Below are positions 18,103 through 27,327 of a DNA stretch of 64,000 bases, one piece after another. The position numbers were made by a program, and so were the translations under genes. Location of the stretch: assembly GCA_012514745.1 (NCBI GenBank), contig JAAYZR010000020.1, positions 13,293 through 77,292 on the forward strand, in the 5' to 3' direction. Source of the stretch: Candidatus Undivivens industriae (GTDB taxonomy: Bacteria; Omnitrophota; Gorgyraeia; Gygaellales; Profunditerraquicolaceae). Within the stretch, counting starts at the first letter, position 1; each line of letters opens with the position of its first letter. The notes below the pieces were generated by a model. It did no database searches and had not been told where the DNA came from. It saw only the letters and a list, made by a program, of their open reading frames with translations.

Positions 18103-18913
18103 TATCTCCGCCTTTGCCCTTATCCTTTACAATATCGGGCAGACAGGAAATATTCCACAAAGCCGCTCCGAATACCTCCACTAATTTACCGTCTGCCAGC
18201 ACCTCCTGCGGCGCGCCTTCAGCGATTACGCCGCGGTTAAGCAGCACCATCTTGTCCACGTAAGAATAGATCCCCGCAAGATCGTGCGTCACCAGAACGA
18301 CCGAGATATCATGCGTTTGCCGCAGACCGCGCACGATGCGGTAGAAAAGCGCCAATCCTTTCGCGTCCACTCCGCCGGCAGGCTCGTCGAGCAAAAGAAG
18401 ATCCGGGGCGGGCGTCATGGCGATCGCCAGCAGAACGCGCTGCAATTCCCCTCCGGAAAGATCGCCGACCTTTCTTTTGACAAGGTGCTCCGCGGAAAAC
18501 AGCGATAGGACCTCTTTGACCCTGCCGGCAGTGCTGCCGTCTATCCCGGCCCAAACCGGCCTGCGGGTTACCGCCGATGCCACCAAATCCGCGACGCTGA
18601 CGGGCGCCCCCTTTTCCAAATGCAGTTTCTGCGGAACATAACCTATTTGGGGCGTCTGGGAAGGATTACCGCCGACGCGGAAGGATATCCTCCCCTGGTA
18701 AGGCATCTCTCCCATCAAAGTGCGCAACAGAGTGGTCTTGCCCGCCCCGTTGGGCCCGACCACGCCGACGACCTCGCCGCAGTTAACGTGCAGATTGACT
18801 CTAGACAGTATAACGTTGCTGCCCAGTTTTACCGTCAGATCCTCCACCCTCGTGCAGCAATGTTCGCAGGTATTAAGCAATCCGTCTCCTCCGCCTTTAT
18901 TTCCGGAAGGCAT
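18092..18913 (-). CDS. znuC: Metal ABC transporter ATP-binding protein (ZnuC)
   Basis: Walker A GPNGAGKTTLL, signature LSGGELQRV, Walker B LLLDEP. Confidence 0.85.
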   Translation of the reverse strand: MPSGNKGGGDGLLNTCEHCCTRVEDLTVKLGSNVILSRVNLHVNCGEVVGVVGPNGAGKTTLLRTLMGEMPYQGRISFRVGGNPSQTPQIGYVPQKLHLEKGAPVSVADLVASAVTRRPVWAGIDGSTAGRVKEVLSLFSAEHLVKRKVGDLSGGELQRVLLAIAMTPAPDLLLLDEPAGGVDAKGLALFYRIVRGLRQTHDISVVLVTHDLAGIYSYVDKMVLLNRGVIAEGAPQEVLADGKLVEVFGAALWNISCLPDIVKDKGKGGDNAD

Positions 18914-19787
18914 TCTTCAAAACTTCCAGATTCTTTTCCATTATCTTAAAATAGGCGCCGTCTTCGTCCGGTCCGCTCACCGCCGGATCAAGCACATACA
19001 CTTTCAATCCTGTTTCCGCGGCGATGGTTTCGGCGGCTGAAGACGGATACTGGGGTTCGCTGAACAACACGCAGCCGTCTCCGCCCGAATTCTTGATCAG
19101 GTCTATCGTCTCCGCAAGTTCCTTCGCGCTGGGCTCGCTCCCCGGTTCTCGTTCCACCACGGCCGCGATCTCCAGTCCAAATTCCTCGGCGAAATACGGG
19201 AACGCCTCGTGAAAAGTGATAATCTTCCTGCCTTTATAGGACGACAGCTGCGCGTGCATTTGTTTCCGCAGAGAGTCCAGCTTCGCTGCGTAGTCGGCTG
19301 TATTCTGGGCGTAAAACTCTTTGTGCGCCGGATCCAGGCTTTGCATGGCCGCGCCGAGGTTCTTCACCTGTTTGACGGCGCCGGAAATGCCCACCCAGAT
19401 ATGAGGGTTTGCCTCATCACCGCTTTTTATCAAAGAAATCCCTTCCGATACGCCGATAATGCGCAAACCGGGATGCCGGGCCGCCACCTCTTCAAGAAAA
19501 GACTCCATGCCGGCGCCGTTAACGATCAACGCCTGGGCCCCGGCGAGCTTTTTCATGTCCGCGGCAGTAAGCGCGTAATCATGCAGGCACCCGGTGAACG
19601 GTGGAGTAAGATTTTCCAGCGACACTCCCGGCACGTCTTTTATCACGTTCCTGGCCATAATATACACCGGATAAAAAGAAGCGACTACCTTTATTTCCTT
19701 CTGCGCGGCGCACGCGCCGCGCGCGAACACACCGGTAAATACCGACAACAACACAACTCCCGTCACAAACCGTTTATATCCATTCAT
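18897..19787 (-). CDS. znuA: Periplasmic metal-binding lipoprotein/solute-binding protein (ZnuA/TroA family)
   Basis: Signal peptide; TroA-fold residues (HDY, HIW, H-E); 296 aa. Confidence 0.85.
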   Translation of the reverse strand: MNGYKRFVTGVVLLSVFTGVFARGACAAQKEIKVVASFYPVYIMARNVIKDVPGVSLENLTPPFTGCLHDYALTAADMKKLAGAQALIVNGAGMESFLEEVAARHPGLRIIGVSEGISLIKSGDEANPHIWVGISGAVKQVKNLGAAMQSLDPAHKEFYAQNTADYAAKLDSLRKQMHAQLSSYKGRKIITFHEAFPYFAEEFGLEIAAVVEREPGSEPSAKELAETIDLIKNSGGDGCVLFSEPQYPSSAAETIAAETGLKVYVLDPAVSGPDEDGAYFKIMEKNLEVLKNAFRK

Positions 19788-19815
19788 CTCCGCCTCCCTT
19801 AAGAATATTGTCCGG

Positions 19816-20247
19816 TTATGGGCTTTCCTTCCTCCGGCATTCCGAACACAACCCTTCTATACGCAGAAAATGATGCTGAACCTTGGCGTTAAGTTTTTCT
19901 TCTATGAAACTGGATATTTCCGGAAAATTGCAGAATTCCACCTCTTCGACTTTGTTGCACTTGCTGCAGACAAAATGATGGTGATCTATATGCGGCTTGC
20001 GGCAGAGACTGTAATAAAGCCGCCGGCTGCCGTGTTCTATTTTTGCCAGGATACCGGCCCCCTCCAGTTCTTCCAGGATACGGTAGATTGAAGGCAGACC
20101 TACCTCCAGAGACTCCTTCCCCAGCATCTGTTTGATCTCATAAGGGCCGAGATACCGTTTTTGCCGCAAGAACAACTCAAGCACCGCTTTTCTGCGCGGA
20201 GTTATCTTGAAATGATGTTCTTTTAATACCGCCAGATATTTTTCCAT
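19816..20247 (-). CDS. zur: Fur-family transcriptional regulator, likely Zur
   Basis: MEKYLAVLKEHHFKITPRRKAVLELF... wHTH and the C-terminal Cys pairs C-SKC...CSEC. The track ORF begins 13 codons upstream; the ATG at 20247 is the likely start. Confidence 0.8.
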   Translation of the reverse strand: MEKYLAVLKEHHFKITPRRKAVLELFLRQKRYLGPYEIKQMLGKESLEVGLPSIYRILEELEGAGILAKIEHGSRRLYYSLCRKPHIDHHHFVCSKCNKVEEVEFCNFPEISSFIEEKLNAKVQHHFLRIEGLCSECRRKESP

Positions 20248-20286
20248 TATGCTTTGCTCGCGAACCTCCGCAAAAACTCCGGGCAA

Positions 20287-20300
20287 CCGATAATTATCGG
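20287..20300. promoter_or_regulatory. Fur-box-like palindrome CCGATAATTATCGG immediately upstream of zur
   Basis: 14-bp perfect palindrome with a GATAATTATC core, ~40 nt upstream of the zur start. Confidence 0.45.
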
Positions 20301-20328
20301 TAAAAACGAAATTCCTTTCGCATCAACG

Positions 20329-20351
20329 TAAATAGAAATGATTTCTATTTA
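20329..20351. promoter_or_regulatory. Zur-box-like 23-bp perfect palindrome TAAATAGAAAT-G-ATTTCTATTTA
   Basis: 11-1-11 palindrome resembling the Firmicute-type Zur box (AAATCGTAAT-N-ATTACGATTT), upstream of zur-znuACB. Confidence 0.5.
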
Positions 20352-20433
20352 TAGCACAAAATAATACCGGCTGTCAACGGCGTAATGAAATTCAAACGGG
20401 CTAAAACGGAGAGTGTCGTTTAGAACGGAAGGG

Positions 20434-20712
20434 CTATTTCTTCTCTTTGCGCTCCCAGTAGTCGTTTTCCCAGCGTTTTTTCTCTTCTTCGTGAAGCTTA
20501 TTCTCCGGGTTGATTATATTTTTCTCCGCCCGGCGGCGCGAGGATTCCTCTTTATTCTTCTCTTCCGTTTCCTGGTTCTTAGTTTTATGCGACAGCGAAG
20601 AAAAAATGAAGAAAGCGATAATTATCATTACGATCCATAAGAAAATGGTCATATTCCCTCTCTGTCTGTTCTGTTTAAGGAGCCTTCCTGTTTTGGGATC
20701 TCCGCGCCGCAA
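20434..20712 (-). CDS. Hypothetical small membrane protein with a Lys/Glu-rich tail
   Basis: ORF only. The internal start MTIFLWIVMIIIAFFIF... gives one TM plus a low-complexity charged tail. Could be spurious. Confidence 0.25.
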   Translation of the reverse strand: MRRGDPKTGRLLKQNRQRGNMTIFLWIVMIIIAFFIFSSLSHKTKNQETEEKNKEESSRRRAEKNIINPENKLHEEEKKRWENDYWERKEKK

Positions 20713-20823
20713 GAGTAATTATACTCTTTTTTACCGGAAACCCTAATATTATTAGCCCGCCCGCGGTCAAAAATAGCCGTTCCTGCTCTTGAGAGAATCT
20801 AAAACAGGTGGTAAACTATAAAT

Positions 20824-21255
20824 GTGGAGGGGGGAATTCAAACTCACAAACCCGGGACGCGAATGCGGCAAAAAAGGAAAATACTCATAATTGACGACGA
20901 AAGCCATCTCGCCGCGCTGGTCAAGTTCAATCTGGAGCAAACCGGCAAATACGAGGTCTGCGTAGCCAAAGATGGAGAAGAAGGGCTGCAAAAAGCCCTG
21001 AAGGAACCTCCTCACTTGATCATCCTCGACTTGATACTGCCCAAGATCACCGGTGAAGAAGTCTGCAAGAAGATCCGCGGAGAGGAAAAGACGGAGAATA
21101 TCCCCATCATCATGGTCACCGCCAAGGCTTCCACCGTGGACGCTATCATCGGCAAAGTCATCGGCGCCAACCACTATATGACCAAGCCTTTCCAGATGGA
21201 CGAACTGCTGAAAAATATCGAAGAGGTCTTTGGGCGGCAGTGCGAAACTCTCTGA
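20824..21255 (+). CDS. Stand-alone response-regulator receiver (CheY-like) protein
   Basis: KILIIDDE ... phospho-acceptor Asp in ILDLILP ... conserved K in MTKPF. It is the only convincing plus-strand gene in the window. Confidence 0.8.
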   Translation: MEGGIQTHKPGTRMRQKRKILIIDDESHLAALVKFNLEQTGKYEVCVAKDGEEGLQKALKEPPHLIILDLILPKITGEEVCKKIRGEEKTENIPIIMVTAKASTVDAIIGKVIGANHYMTKPFQMDELLKNIEEVFGRQCETL

Positions 21256-21267
21256 AACCGGCCGGTT

Positions 21268-21867
21268 CTATAGCGGGCATTGCTCTACAAGCTCTTTGAT
21301 CCCGGATTCGATCTGTTCCCTGATCTCCAGGCAGGAAGACGGCAGGAATTCCAGCGCCTTTTTCAACGCCGCAAGCGCCTCGTTCTTCAATCCGAGATTA
21401 CGGTAAGCGTCCGCCAGATTCTCGTAAGTCACGGCCCGGCCGGGTTCGATCCCCAGCGCCTTCTCGAAAAGCGCCACCGCCTGCCGATGCTCGCCCATCT
21501 TGTTCAACAACCAGCCCTTATTATGGAAAATGGTGGCGTAGTCCGGCTCGCTCTCTATGCCCTTGTCGAAATACGGCAGGGCGGCGTCAATCATCCCCAA
21601 TTCCACCATACACAAGGCGCGGTCATTGTAAGCCGCCCCGTCCAAGGGATTGAGCTTGATCGCGGAATCCAGATACACGATGGCGTCGCCGAAATTACCT
21701 TCCAGCATTTCCCTCTGCGCCTTGAAATACATCTCTTCGGCCGGCATATTTCTTTCGCGTGAGAGCCGCAATCCCTCCTCCACCAACCTGCCGGCAGGCG
21801 CAGCCCCGGTATAAGTGATGGCATCGTCAAGTTGACGACGCAATCGGTATAGACCTATATCGGCCAT
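21268..21867 (-). CDS. TPR-repeat protein
   Basis: Three to four TPR units (AAYNDRALCMVELG..., ATIFHNKGWLL..., AVTYENLADAYRNLG...). Confidence 0.7.
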   Translation of the reverse strand: MADIGLYRLRRQLDDAITYTGAAPAGRLVEEGLRLSRERNMPAEEMYFKAQREMLEGNFGDAIVYLDSAIKLNPLDGAAYNDRALCMVELGMIDAALPYFDKGIESEPDYATIFHNKGWLLNKMGEHRQAVALFEKALGIEPGRAVTYENLADAYRNLGLKNEALAALKKALEFLPSSCLEIREQIESGIKELVEQCPL

Positions 21868-21980
21868 GATTCAAAGATTTGCCGGTTATTCATTATATAC
21901 CGGGATTTCACTGGATGAAAATTCCCCGGGCAGAAACCCGGGTGCTCCTCGAACATATTATTATACCCCCATCCGGAATT

Positions 21981-22499
21981 CTAAAGATAATATTCCTTGG
22001 CGGCTTCCGGTTGATACAATATTTTTTGAATCTTAAACTTCCTCAGTCCGGCCGGAACCTTCCATTCAATGATATCTCCTACTTTATATCCCAATATCGC
22101 CGTGCCGATAGGAGCGAGAATCGATATCTTATTCTGCTCGATATCAGCGTCCTCCGGATACACCAATTCATAGCTCTCTTCTTTGTTGGTATCGACGTCC
22201 TTAAGGCAGACTTTCGAATTCATGGTGATTATATCCGCCGCTACTTGATCCGGGGCTACGATAACGGCCCTGTTCAACTCGGCTTCGAGTTCTTCTATCC
22301 GCGTCCATTCCGCTTCATGCCCGGGATCATTCCGCCTTCTCGCTTCCTGCAGCCATGACGACACGGCGTCCGAGTCCAATAAACGGTTCATTTCATCCAA
22401 AGCCAATCTATCGGCCTCCCGGCCGAATATTCTTTTCTTTATCATTTCCCTGAGACGATAAAGATCCGATTGCGTGATATATATTTTCTTGTTCTTCAT
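21981..22499 (-). CDS. GreA/GreB-family (Rnk-like) transcription factor
   Basis: C-terminal FKBP-like GreA domain (ISILAPIGTAILGYKVGDIIEWKVPAGLRKFKIQKI) after a 90-aa helical N-terminal region. Confidence 0.55.
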   Translation of the reverse strand: MKNKKIYITQSDLYRLREMIKKRIFGREADRLALDEMNRLLDSDAVSSWLQEARRRNDPGHEAEWTRIEELEAELNRAVIVAPDQVAADIITMNSKVCLKDVDTNKEESYELVYPEDADIEQNKISILAPIGTAILGYKVGDIIEWKVPAGLRKFKIQKILYQPEAAKEYYL

Positions 22500-22566
22500 T
22501 ATACCCCCTTTTCCCGGTCATTGCACCGGTCATGACTGATAAGTAAACCGCTTTCGGCAGAAGAGG

Positions 22567-22615
22567 GCGGCCGGCTTCCCGCAGGTTGAAAGCGGGAAAA
22601 GGGACACCGGCCGCC
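22567..22615 (-). terminator. Strong nested hairpin downstream of the dual-receiver gene (terminator-like)
   Basis: GGCGGCCGG...CCGGCCGCC outer stem with an inner CTTCCCGC/GCGGGAA stem; the T tract is weak. Confidence 0.35.
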
Positions 22616-22621
22616 GTTATC

Positions 22622-23350
22622 CTACGCTCTGCTCTCGGCATACAACAACTTCTCTATCTTTTTTACCAGATCCCCGGCGTCTTCAGATTTGTCGTAATAT
22701 TCATCGGCATCCGGCAGCATGAGCTTCTGATAAGACTGATTGAATACGCTGGCGACCAGCACTTTCACCGACGGAAATTCTTTTTTTATTTTCTTATGGA
22801 TATCGAAACCGCTCTGGTTGGGCATGGCGATATCGAGAATGACCAAGCCGATATCCTTGTTTTTACTCAATACTTCCATACCGGCATAACCATCGTGAGC
22901 TTCTATAATACGATACCCGTGCTCCTGTAAATAGTGCCGGTATATCTTCCTGATACGCGGCTCATCGTCAATAACCAGGATGCTCTTATGCGGGGCGATG
23001 CTCCGTTCTATCACTTTTATCTTTTCCAGCAGCAAATCCAGCCCTTGAGATTTGTCATAATAATCGGCGGCGCCTTTCACCATCTCTTTTTGTTCTTCTA
23101 CCGGATAAACGCTTGCTACTATCACTTTCACTCCTTTATGAAACACCTTCATAATGTCGTAAAAGACACTGCCGTAGACCCGCGGCATTTTTATATCAAG
23201 AAGCATTATATCAACCGTTTCTTTATTCAAAATACACGAAGCCTGCATGGCATCGGAGGCATTGAGCACTTCAAAACCTTCGTTTACAAGCATGGCGTTA
23301 TACATATTTCTGACTTTTTCCTCATCGTCAACTATCAATATCCTGGTCAT
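22622..23350 (-). CDS. Response regulator with two tandem receiver (REC) domains and no output domain
   Basis: REC1 ILIVDDE...LLDIKMP; REC2 ILVIDDE...ILDIAMP; 242 aa. Confidence 0.8.
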   Translation of the reverse strand: MTRILIVDDEEKVRNMYNAMLVNEGFEVLNASDAMQASCILNKETVDIMLLDIKMPRVYGSVFYDIMKVFHKGVKVIVASVYPVEEQKEMVKGAADYYDKSQGLDLLLEKIKVIERSIAPHKSILVIDDEPRIRKIYRHYLQEHGYRIIEAHDGYAGMEVLSKNKDIGLVILDIAMPNQSGFDIHKKIKKEFPSVKVLVASVFNQSYQKLMLPDADEYYDKSEDAGDLVKKIEKLLYAESRA

Positions 23351-23547
23351 TTCTTCTCCTCCAATTAACCGGCCTGGACTTCTCTAAAAAGTATAACCCG
23401 GACCGGATTAAACGAGGATTAAAAAAATGTTAAATTTTTTAACATCCCCCCGCCCTAACGGGATTGGGCGAACGGAGAGCGGTAAAAGGATTCGAAGGGC
23501 TGTTATGCCCTAAGCTGCCGGAAGCAAGCAACCGTGGATGTGCGCGG

Positions 23548-24600
23548 TCAATCCGCGGCGAGGGGGAGGGCGACGGTAAACACGGAACCTTGCCCGGCGC
23601 GGCTGACCACGGAAATATCTCCCTGGTGCAATTGGGCTATCGACTGCGCGATGCTCAACCCCAGGCCGCTGCTGGGAGAACTATCTTTAATCTTTCCTTC
23701 AATGCGAAAAAACTTGTCGAAAAGCTTCGGGACATCGGATTCATCTATACCTATCCCGCTATCCATAATGGAAATCTCCGCTTTCCGTTCTCCGTATTTC
23801 AGGCATATCTTTATCGTGCCCCCGGGGGGAGTGAATTTTATCGCGTTGTCTATCAAATTGAAAAACAATCTTCGCAGATGCAGTTCGTCGCCATCGACGA
23901 ACCCGGTCTTTTCCGGTATTTCAGTATCAACTTTTATATTCTTCTTGGAGGCCAGCACCTTAGCCTGTTCATAGATTATACCTATGAACTGCGTCAGATC
24001 GGTCCGTTCGAATTTGAGGACTTCCGGCTGATAATTCATCCTGGTCAGCAAAAGCAGGTCTTCTATGATCTTAAGCATTCTTTTCGTTTCTTCCAGGCTG
24101 ACGCTGATGACCCTTTTGTATTCTTCCTTGTCCCGGTCTTTCTTCAAGGCGAACTCGGACTCCCCTCTGATAATGGCGATGGGGGTTTTTAATTCGTGGG
24201 CTATATAAGAGCTGGAATCGGTTATATATTCGAACGATTCCCCCAGTCTCGAAATCATGCCGTTAAAAGCCTCTATCAGGCTCCGCAGTTCTTCATCGGC
24301 ATTCTCCATCTTCACTCTAAAATTCAGGTCTTCGTGCGTAATATGATTGGCCGTGTCCGTGATCTCTTTTATCGGGAACAATATCCTCTTTTCGATCATG
24401 CGCCCCGCGTAATACCCCGCCAACGAAACCGGCAGAAACGGCGCCAGTATAAACAACAGCTTGTAATTATGTAAAATCCCGGGAGGCAGGCACAGCAGGA
24501 ATAATACATATAATGATAAGGATACCCCCAACAGAATAACGGATAATACGGTTATCTTCATACTGCCGGTTTCGAGACGCATCTTACCCCCGTAAAACAT
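23548..24600 (-). CDS. Sensor histidine kinase (TM-HAMP-HisKA-HATPase)
   Basis: Two N-terminal TMs, H-box AHELKTP, N/G boxes (LIDNAIKFT, GLGLSIA). Confidence 0.85.
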   Translation of the reverse strand: MFYGGKMRLETGSMKITVLSVILLGVSLSLYVLFLLCLPPGILHNYKLLFILAPFLPVSLAGYYAGRMIEKRILFPIKEITDTANHITHEDLNFRVKMENADEELRSLIEAFNGMISRLGESFEYITDSSSYIAHELKTPIAIIRGESEFALKKDRDKEEYKRVISVSLEETKRMLKIIEDLLLLTRMNYQPEVLKFERTDLTQFIGIIYEQAKVLASKKNIKVDTEIPEKTGFVDGDELHLRRLFFNLIDNAIKFTPPGGTIKICLKYGERKAEISIMDSGIGIDESDVPKLFDKFFRIEGKIKDSSPSSGLGLSIAQSIAQLHQGDISVVSRAGQGSVFTVALPLAAD

Positions 24601-25252
24601 ATCCTTTACCTTGAACGGTATGGATAAGCTGTTTACCCTTCCCTTTATCTATCTTATTGCGCAAAAAACTCACGTAAACATCGATAACGTTAGTGAAGCT
24701 GTCGAAATTCTCATGCCAAACGTGTTCCGAAATCATCGTCCTGCTGACCACGCAATCGGCGTTAAGCATCAAATACTCCAGCAGCGCGAACTCTTTGGCC
24801 GTCAACACAATCTCTTTACCGGCTCGCGTAACTTTATGCCGCGACGGATCCACCTCCAGGTCCGCGACCTTGAGAATGCCGGTTTTATCGGCTCTGCCTC
24901 TCCTTAATAAGGCGCCGACTCTGGCCAATAATTCCTCGAAAGCGAACGGCTTGGTTAAGTAATCGTCGGCTCCGGCGTTCAACCCCATCACCTTATCGCT
25001 TACCAGGTCTTTGGAAGTCAGCATCAGGACCGGCACGTTGATTTTTTTACGCCTAAGCTCTTTGCAGACGCTGATACCGTCTTTATGCGGCAGTATAATA
25101 TCGAGGATTATGAGGTCGTACGGATTTACTTCGGCCAGAAACAGCGCTTTTTCTCCGTCATCAGCGACATCGACCACGTAATTCTCTTCCTTCAGCCCCC
25201 GCGCGATAAAACCGGCTACTTTTATCTCGTCTTCTACCAATAGTACCCGCAA
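24584..25252 (-). CDS. OmpR-family DNA-binding response regulator (CusR/CopR-like)
   Basis: VLLVEDE...ILDIILP receiver plus a winged-helix C-terminus (GKGYVLRG). Confidence 0.9.
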   Translation of the reverse strand: MRVLLVEDEIKVAGFIARGLKEENYVVDVADDGEKALFLAEVNPYDLIILDIILPHKDGISVCKELRRKKINVPVLMLTSKDLVSDKVMGLNAGADDYLTKPFAFEELLARVGALLRRGRADKTGILKVADLEVDPSRHKVTRAGKEIVLTAKEFALLEYLMLNADCVVSRTMISEHVWHENFDSFTNVIDVYVSFLRNKIDKGKGKQLIHTVQGKGYVLRG

Positions 25253-25401
25253 CTCTCTCTCCTCTTCCGGAACGCCGGATGATACCTCCGGATAAAATAA
25301 ATTCCCCCGTTCATCTCGGATTATACGACACTTTGAGCGGTTCCGGAAATAATATATGAATGCGCCGATAGAATTATAACATAGCCCCGCAAGAACCGGT
25401 T

Positions 25402-26274
25402 TTATCTCCAGAGCGCCTTGACCGGCTTCCTGGAAGGAATGCGGCTGTAGCGGTATTTAGGGTAACCGAGCATCATAACCGCGCCGGCTGCGGCGCGGGG
25501 AGACAAGCCGGCGAATTTCTTTGCCGCCGGGGACTCATTGATCGCCATATTCACATATCCCGCCCAGCAGGCGCCGAGCCCCATCCCGAAAGCGGCAAGT
25601 TCAAGATAAGTTCCGGCGAGCAGACACGATTGAGCGGCCAGAAAGTCGTCTTTCAAACCGTAAGCTATGGCCAGACAGGGCGCGCCGCGGCAGATGCGGT
25701 CTTCGTTATTCTTCCACGCCTCCACCAGACGGTCAAAACGCAGCGACACGGCCATCGGAGACGCGGAATTCAACAAACCTTCCATCCAGGCCACAACCAG
25801 ACCGCCTATCTCCCGCACTTTCTCTTTACCTGAAAGCACCGCCCAGTTCACCGGCTGGCGGTTGGTCCCGGACGGCGCGTAACGAGCCATATCCAGAAGC
25901 TTCTCTATCGTCTCACGGGAAACCGGATCGTCTTTATAAGTCCGGATAGAACGTCTGCCTTTCAAAAGCAACTCCAGTTGAACAGCCCCGGGCAGTTGAG
26001 AATGATCCAGTCGCAAGGCGTCCGCGGCGCCCATTCCGGCGAGCCTGATGGAACCCGGCGGGCAGAAAGCGAAACAATGCCCGCAGTTTATGCACAGCTC
26101 CTCTCCCCCGGGAATGAACTCCGGCACGCGTTCCTTCTCATTCATTCTCAATATTCCCACCGGACAGATCTCCACGCACTTTCCGTCGCCCCTGCAGGTC
26201 TTTTTATCGACCTCGAAAATACTCATCCCCGCTCCTTCTGTCGCGCCCGGCTTATCCTGAAGCCAAGAGCCCAC
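25402..26274 (-). CDS. Ferredoxin-nitroreductase fusion protein (2x[4Fe-4S] + nitroreductase domain)
   Basis: CxxCxxCxxxCP motifs (CRGDGKCVEICP, CINCGHCFAFCP) followed by a nitroreductase-like domain (RRSIRTY). Confidence 0.7.
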   Translation of the reverse strand: MGSWLQDKPGATEGAGMSIFEVDKKTCRGDGKCVEICPVGILRMNEKERVPEFIPGGEELCINCGHCFAFCPPGSIRLAGMGAADALRLDHSQLPGAVQLELLLKGRRSIRTYKDDPVSRETIEKLLDMARYAPSGTNRQPVNWAVLSGKEKVREIGGLVVAWMEGLLNSASPMAVSLRFDRLVEAWKNNEDRICRGAPCLAIAYGLKDDFLAAQSCLLAGTYLELAAFGMGLGACWAGYVNMAINESPAAKKFAGLSPRAAAGAVMMLGYPKYRYSRIPSRKPVKALWR

Positions 26275-26291
26275 AACTCATGACCTGTTAT

Positions 26292-26759
26292 TTAATACAA
26301 CCTTTTATTCTCCCTTGCCGCCCAGTCGTTGAACAACTGCCGGCACTCATCCAACAGCACACCGCCGGTGATCTTGAGCTTTAATTTCCCCATAGACGCG
26401 AGTTCCGCGGCAGGGATATTCAATTCATTAAAACCGATCTTCCTGGCGTCGCTGGTTCTGGTTCCGAAAATGATCGTTTTTATCCTCGCCCAGTGTATCG
26501 CCGAGAAACACATTGGGCACGGCTCGGTGGTAGAATAGATCTGACAGCCAGAAAGATCATATCCCCCCAGTTTCCTGGAGGCCGCCCTTATGGCGTTCAC
26601 CTCGGCGTGGCATGTGGCGTCATTCTGCAATACGGTATTCCTGGCAACCGCGATCACCTTACCGTTCCTGACGATACAGGCGCCGAACGGGCCGCCGGTC
26701 ATAAACCGGATATTCTTCCTGGCCTCTGCCACAGCGAGTTTCATGAATTTATTATGCAT
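26292..26759 (-). CDS. guaD: Guanine deaminase (CDA-fold, GuaD-like)
   Basis: GGPFGA, HAEVNAIR, EPCPMC...AIHWAR and the C-terminal F-DW...K-Y resemble B. subtilis GuaD more than TadA. Confidence 0.7.
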   Translation of the reverse strand: MHNKFMKLAVAEARKNIRFMTGGPFGACIVRNGKVIAVARNTVLQNDATCHAEVNAIRAASRKLGGYDLSGCQIYSTTEPCPMCFSAIHWARIKTIIFGTRTSDARKIGFNELNIPAAELASMGKLKLKITGGVLLDECRQLFNDWAARENKRLY

Positions 26760-26826
26760 AGTGAAACCCTCGTCTTACCCGCCTTTTTCCCGGGACCTGT
26801 AACCCGGCTCCCGGGATCCGTCTTCA

Positions 26827-27327
26827 TTATTCAATCAAAACTATCCCGTAATAATTCCCCTTACACCCGGCAGAAGAAATCACCTTTATCGGATAACCAT
26901 TGGCGCGTACAGTAGAGTAGACGTCTATGCCGCAGGCTTCCATTGACGGACGGGTTTTGGCCGGATTACGACAGAACTTCCCGCATTTGCTGCATAACTG
27001 ACACGGCCCGGCCCCCATCCCGAACGCTTTATAATAACCGTCCAGGAATATCTCCCGCTCCAAAGCCGGGATCAAGGCGTGGATATCCGTGTATTCGTCG
27101 CCGTGCACCAGCAGGGCTTTCCTATAGAAACTTATAACCCGCCGCGTCACCTCCGGCGCCGGCGAATATGGAGGACAGGTCAGACTCTGTCCATAGCCGT
27201 CGCAGCCGAACTGGCACTTCATCCTCACCCAATCGGCAACCACGATGCTCCTCGCGGAGATCGTCTTTGCGTCTCTTGCCCCCATCTCCTTCGCGCGTTT
27301 TATGTATTTAGTGTATTTCCGCATCAT
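26827..27327 (-). CDS. DUF2284-like predicted metal-binding protein (Cys-rich)
   Basis: CQFGCDGYGQSLTCPP and CQLCSKCGKFC motifs; 166 aa. Confidence 0.5.
   Translation of the reverse strand: MMRKYTKYIKRAKEMGARDAKTISARSIVVADWVRMKCQFGCDGYGQSLTCPPYSPAPEVTRRVISFYRKALLVHGDEYTDIHALIPALEREIFLDGYYKAFGMGAGPCQLCSKCGKFCRNPAKTRPSMEACGIDVYSTVRANGYPIKVISSAGCKGNYYGIVLIE

Noticed and set aside
18092-18913. N-terminal 30 residues of the znuC ORF (MPSGNKGGGDGLLNTCEHCCTRVEDL...)
   Set aside because: They probably reflect an upstream in-frame start chosen by the ORF finder. The Cys-rich stretch is not a recognisable metal-binding domain, and the true start is likely closer to the Walker A region, so I made no separate call.
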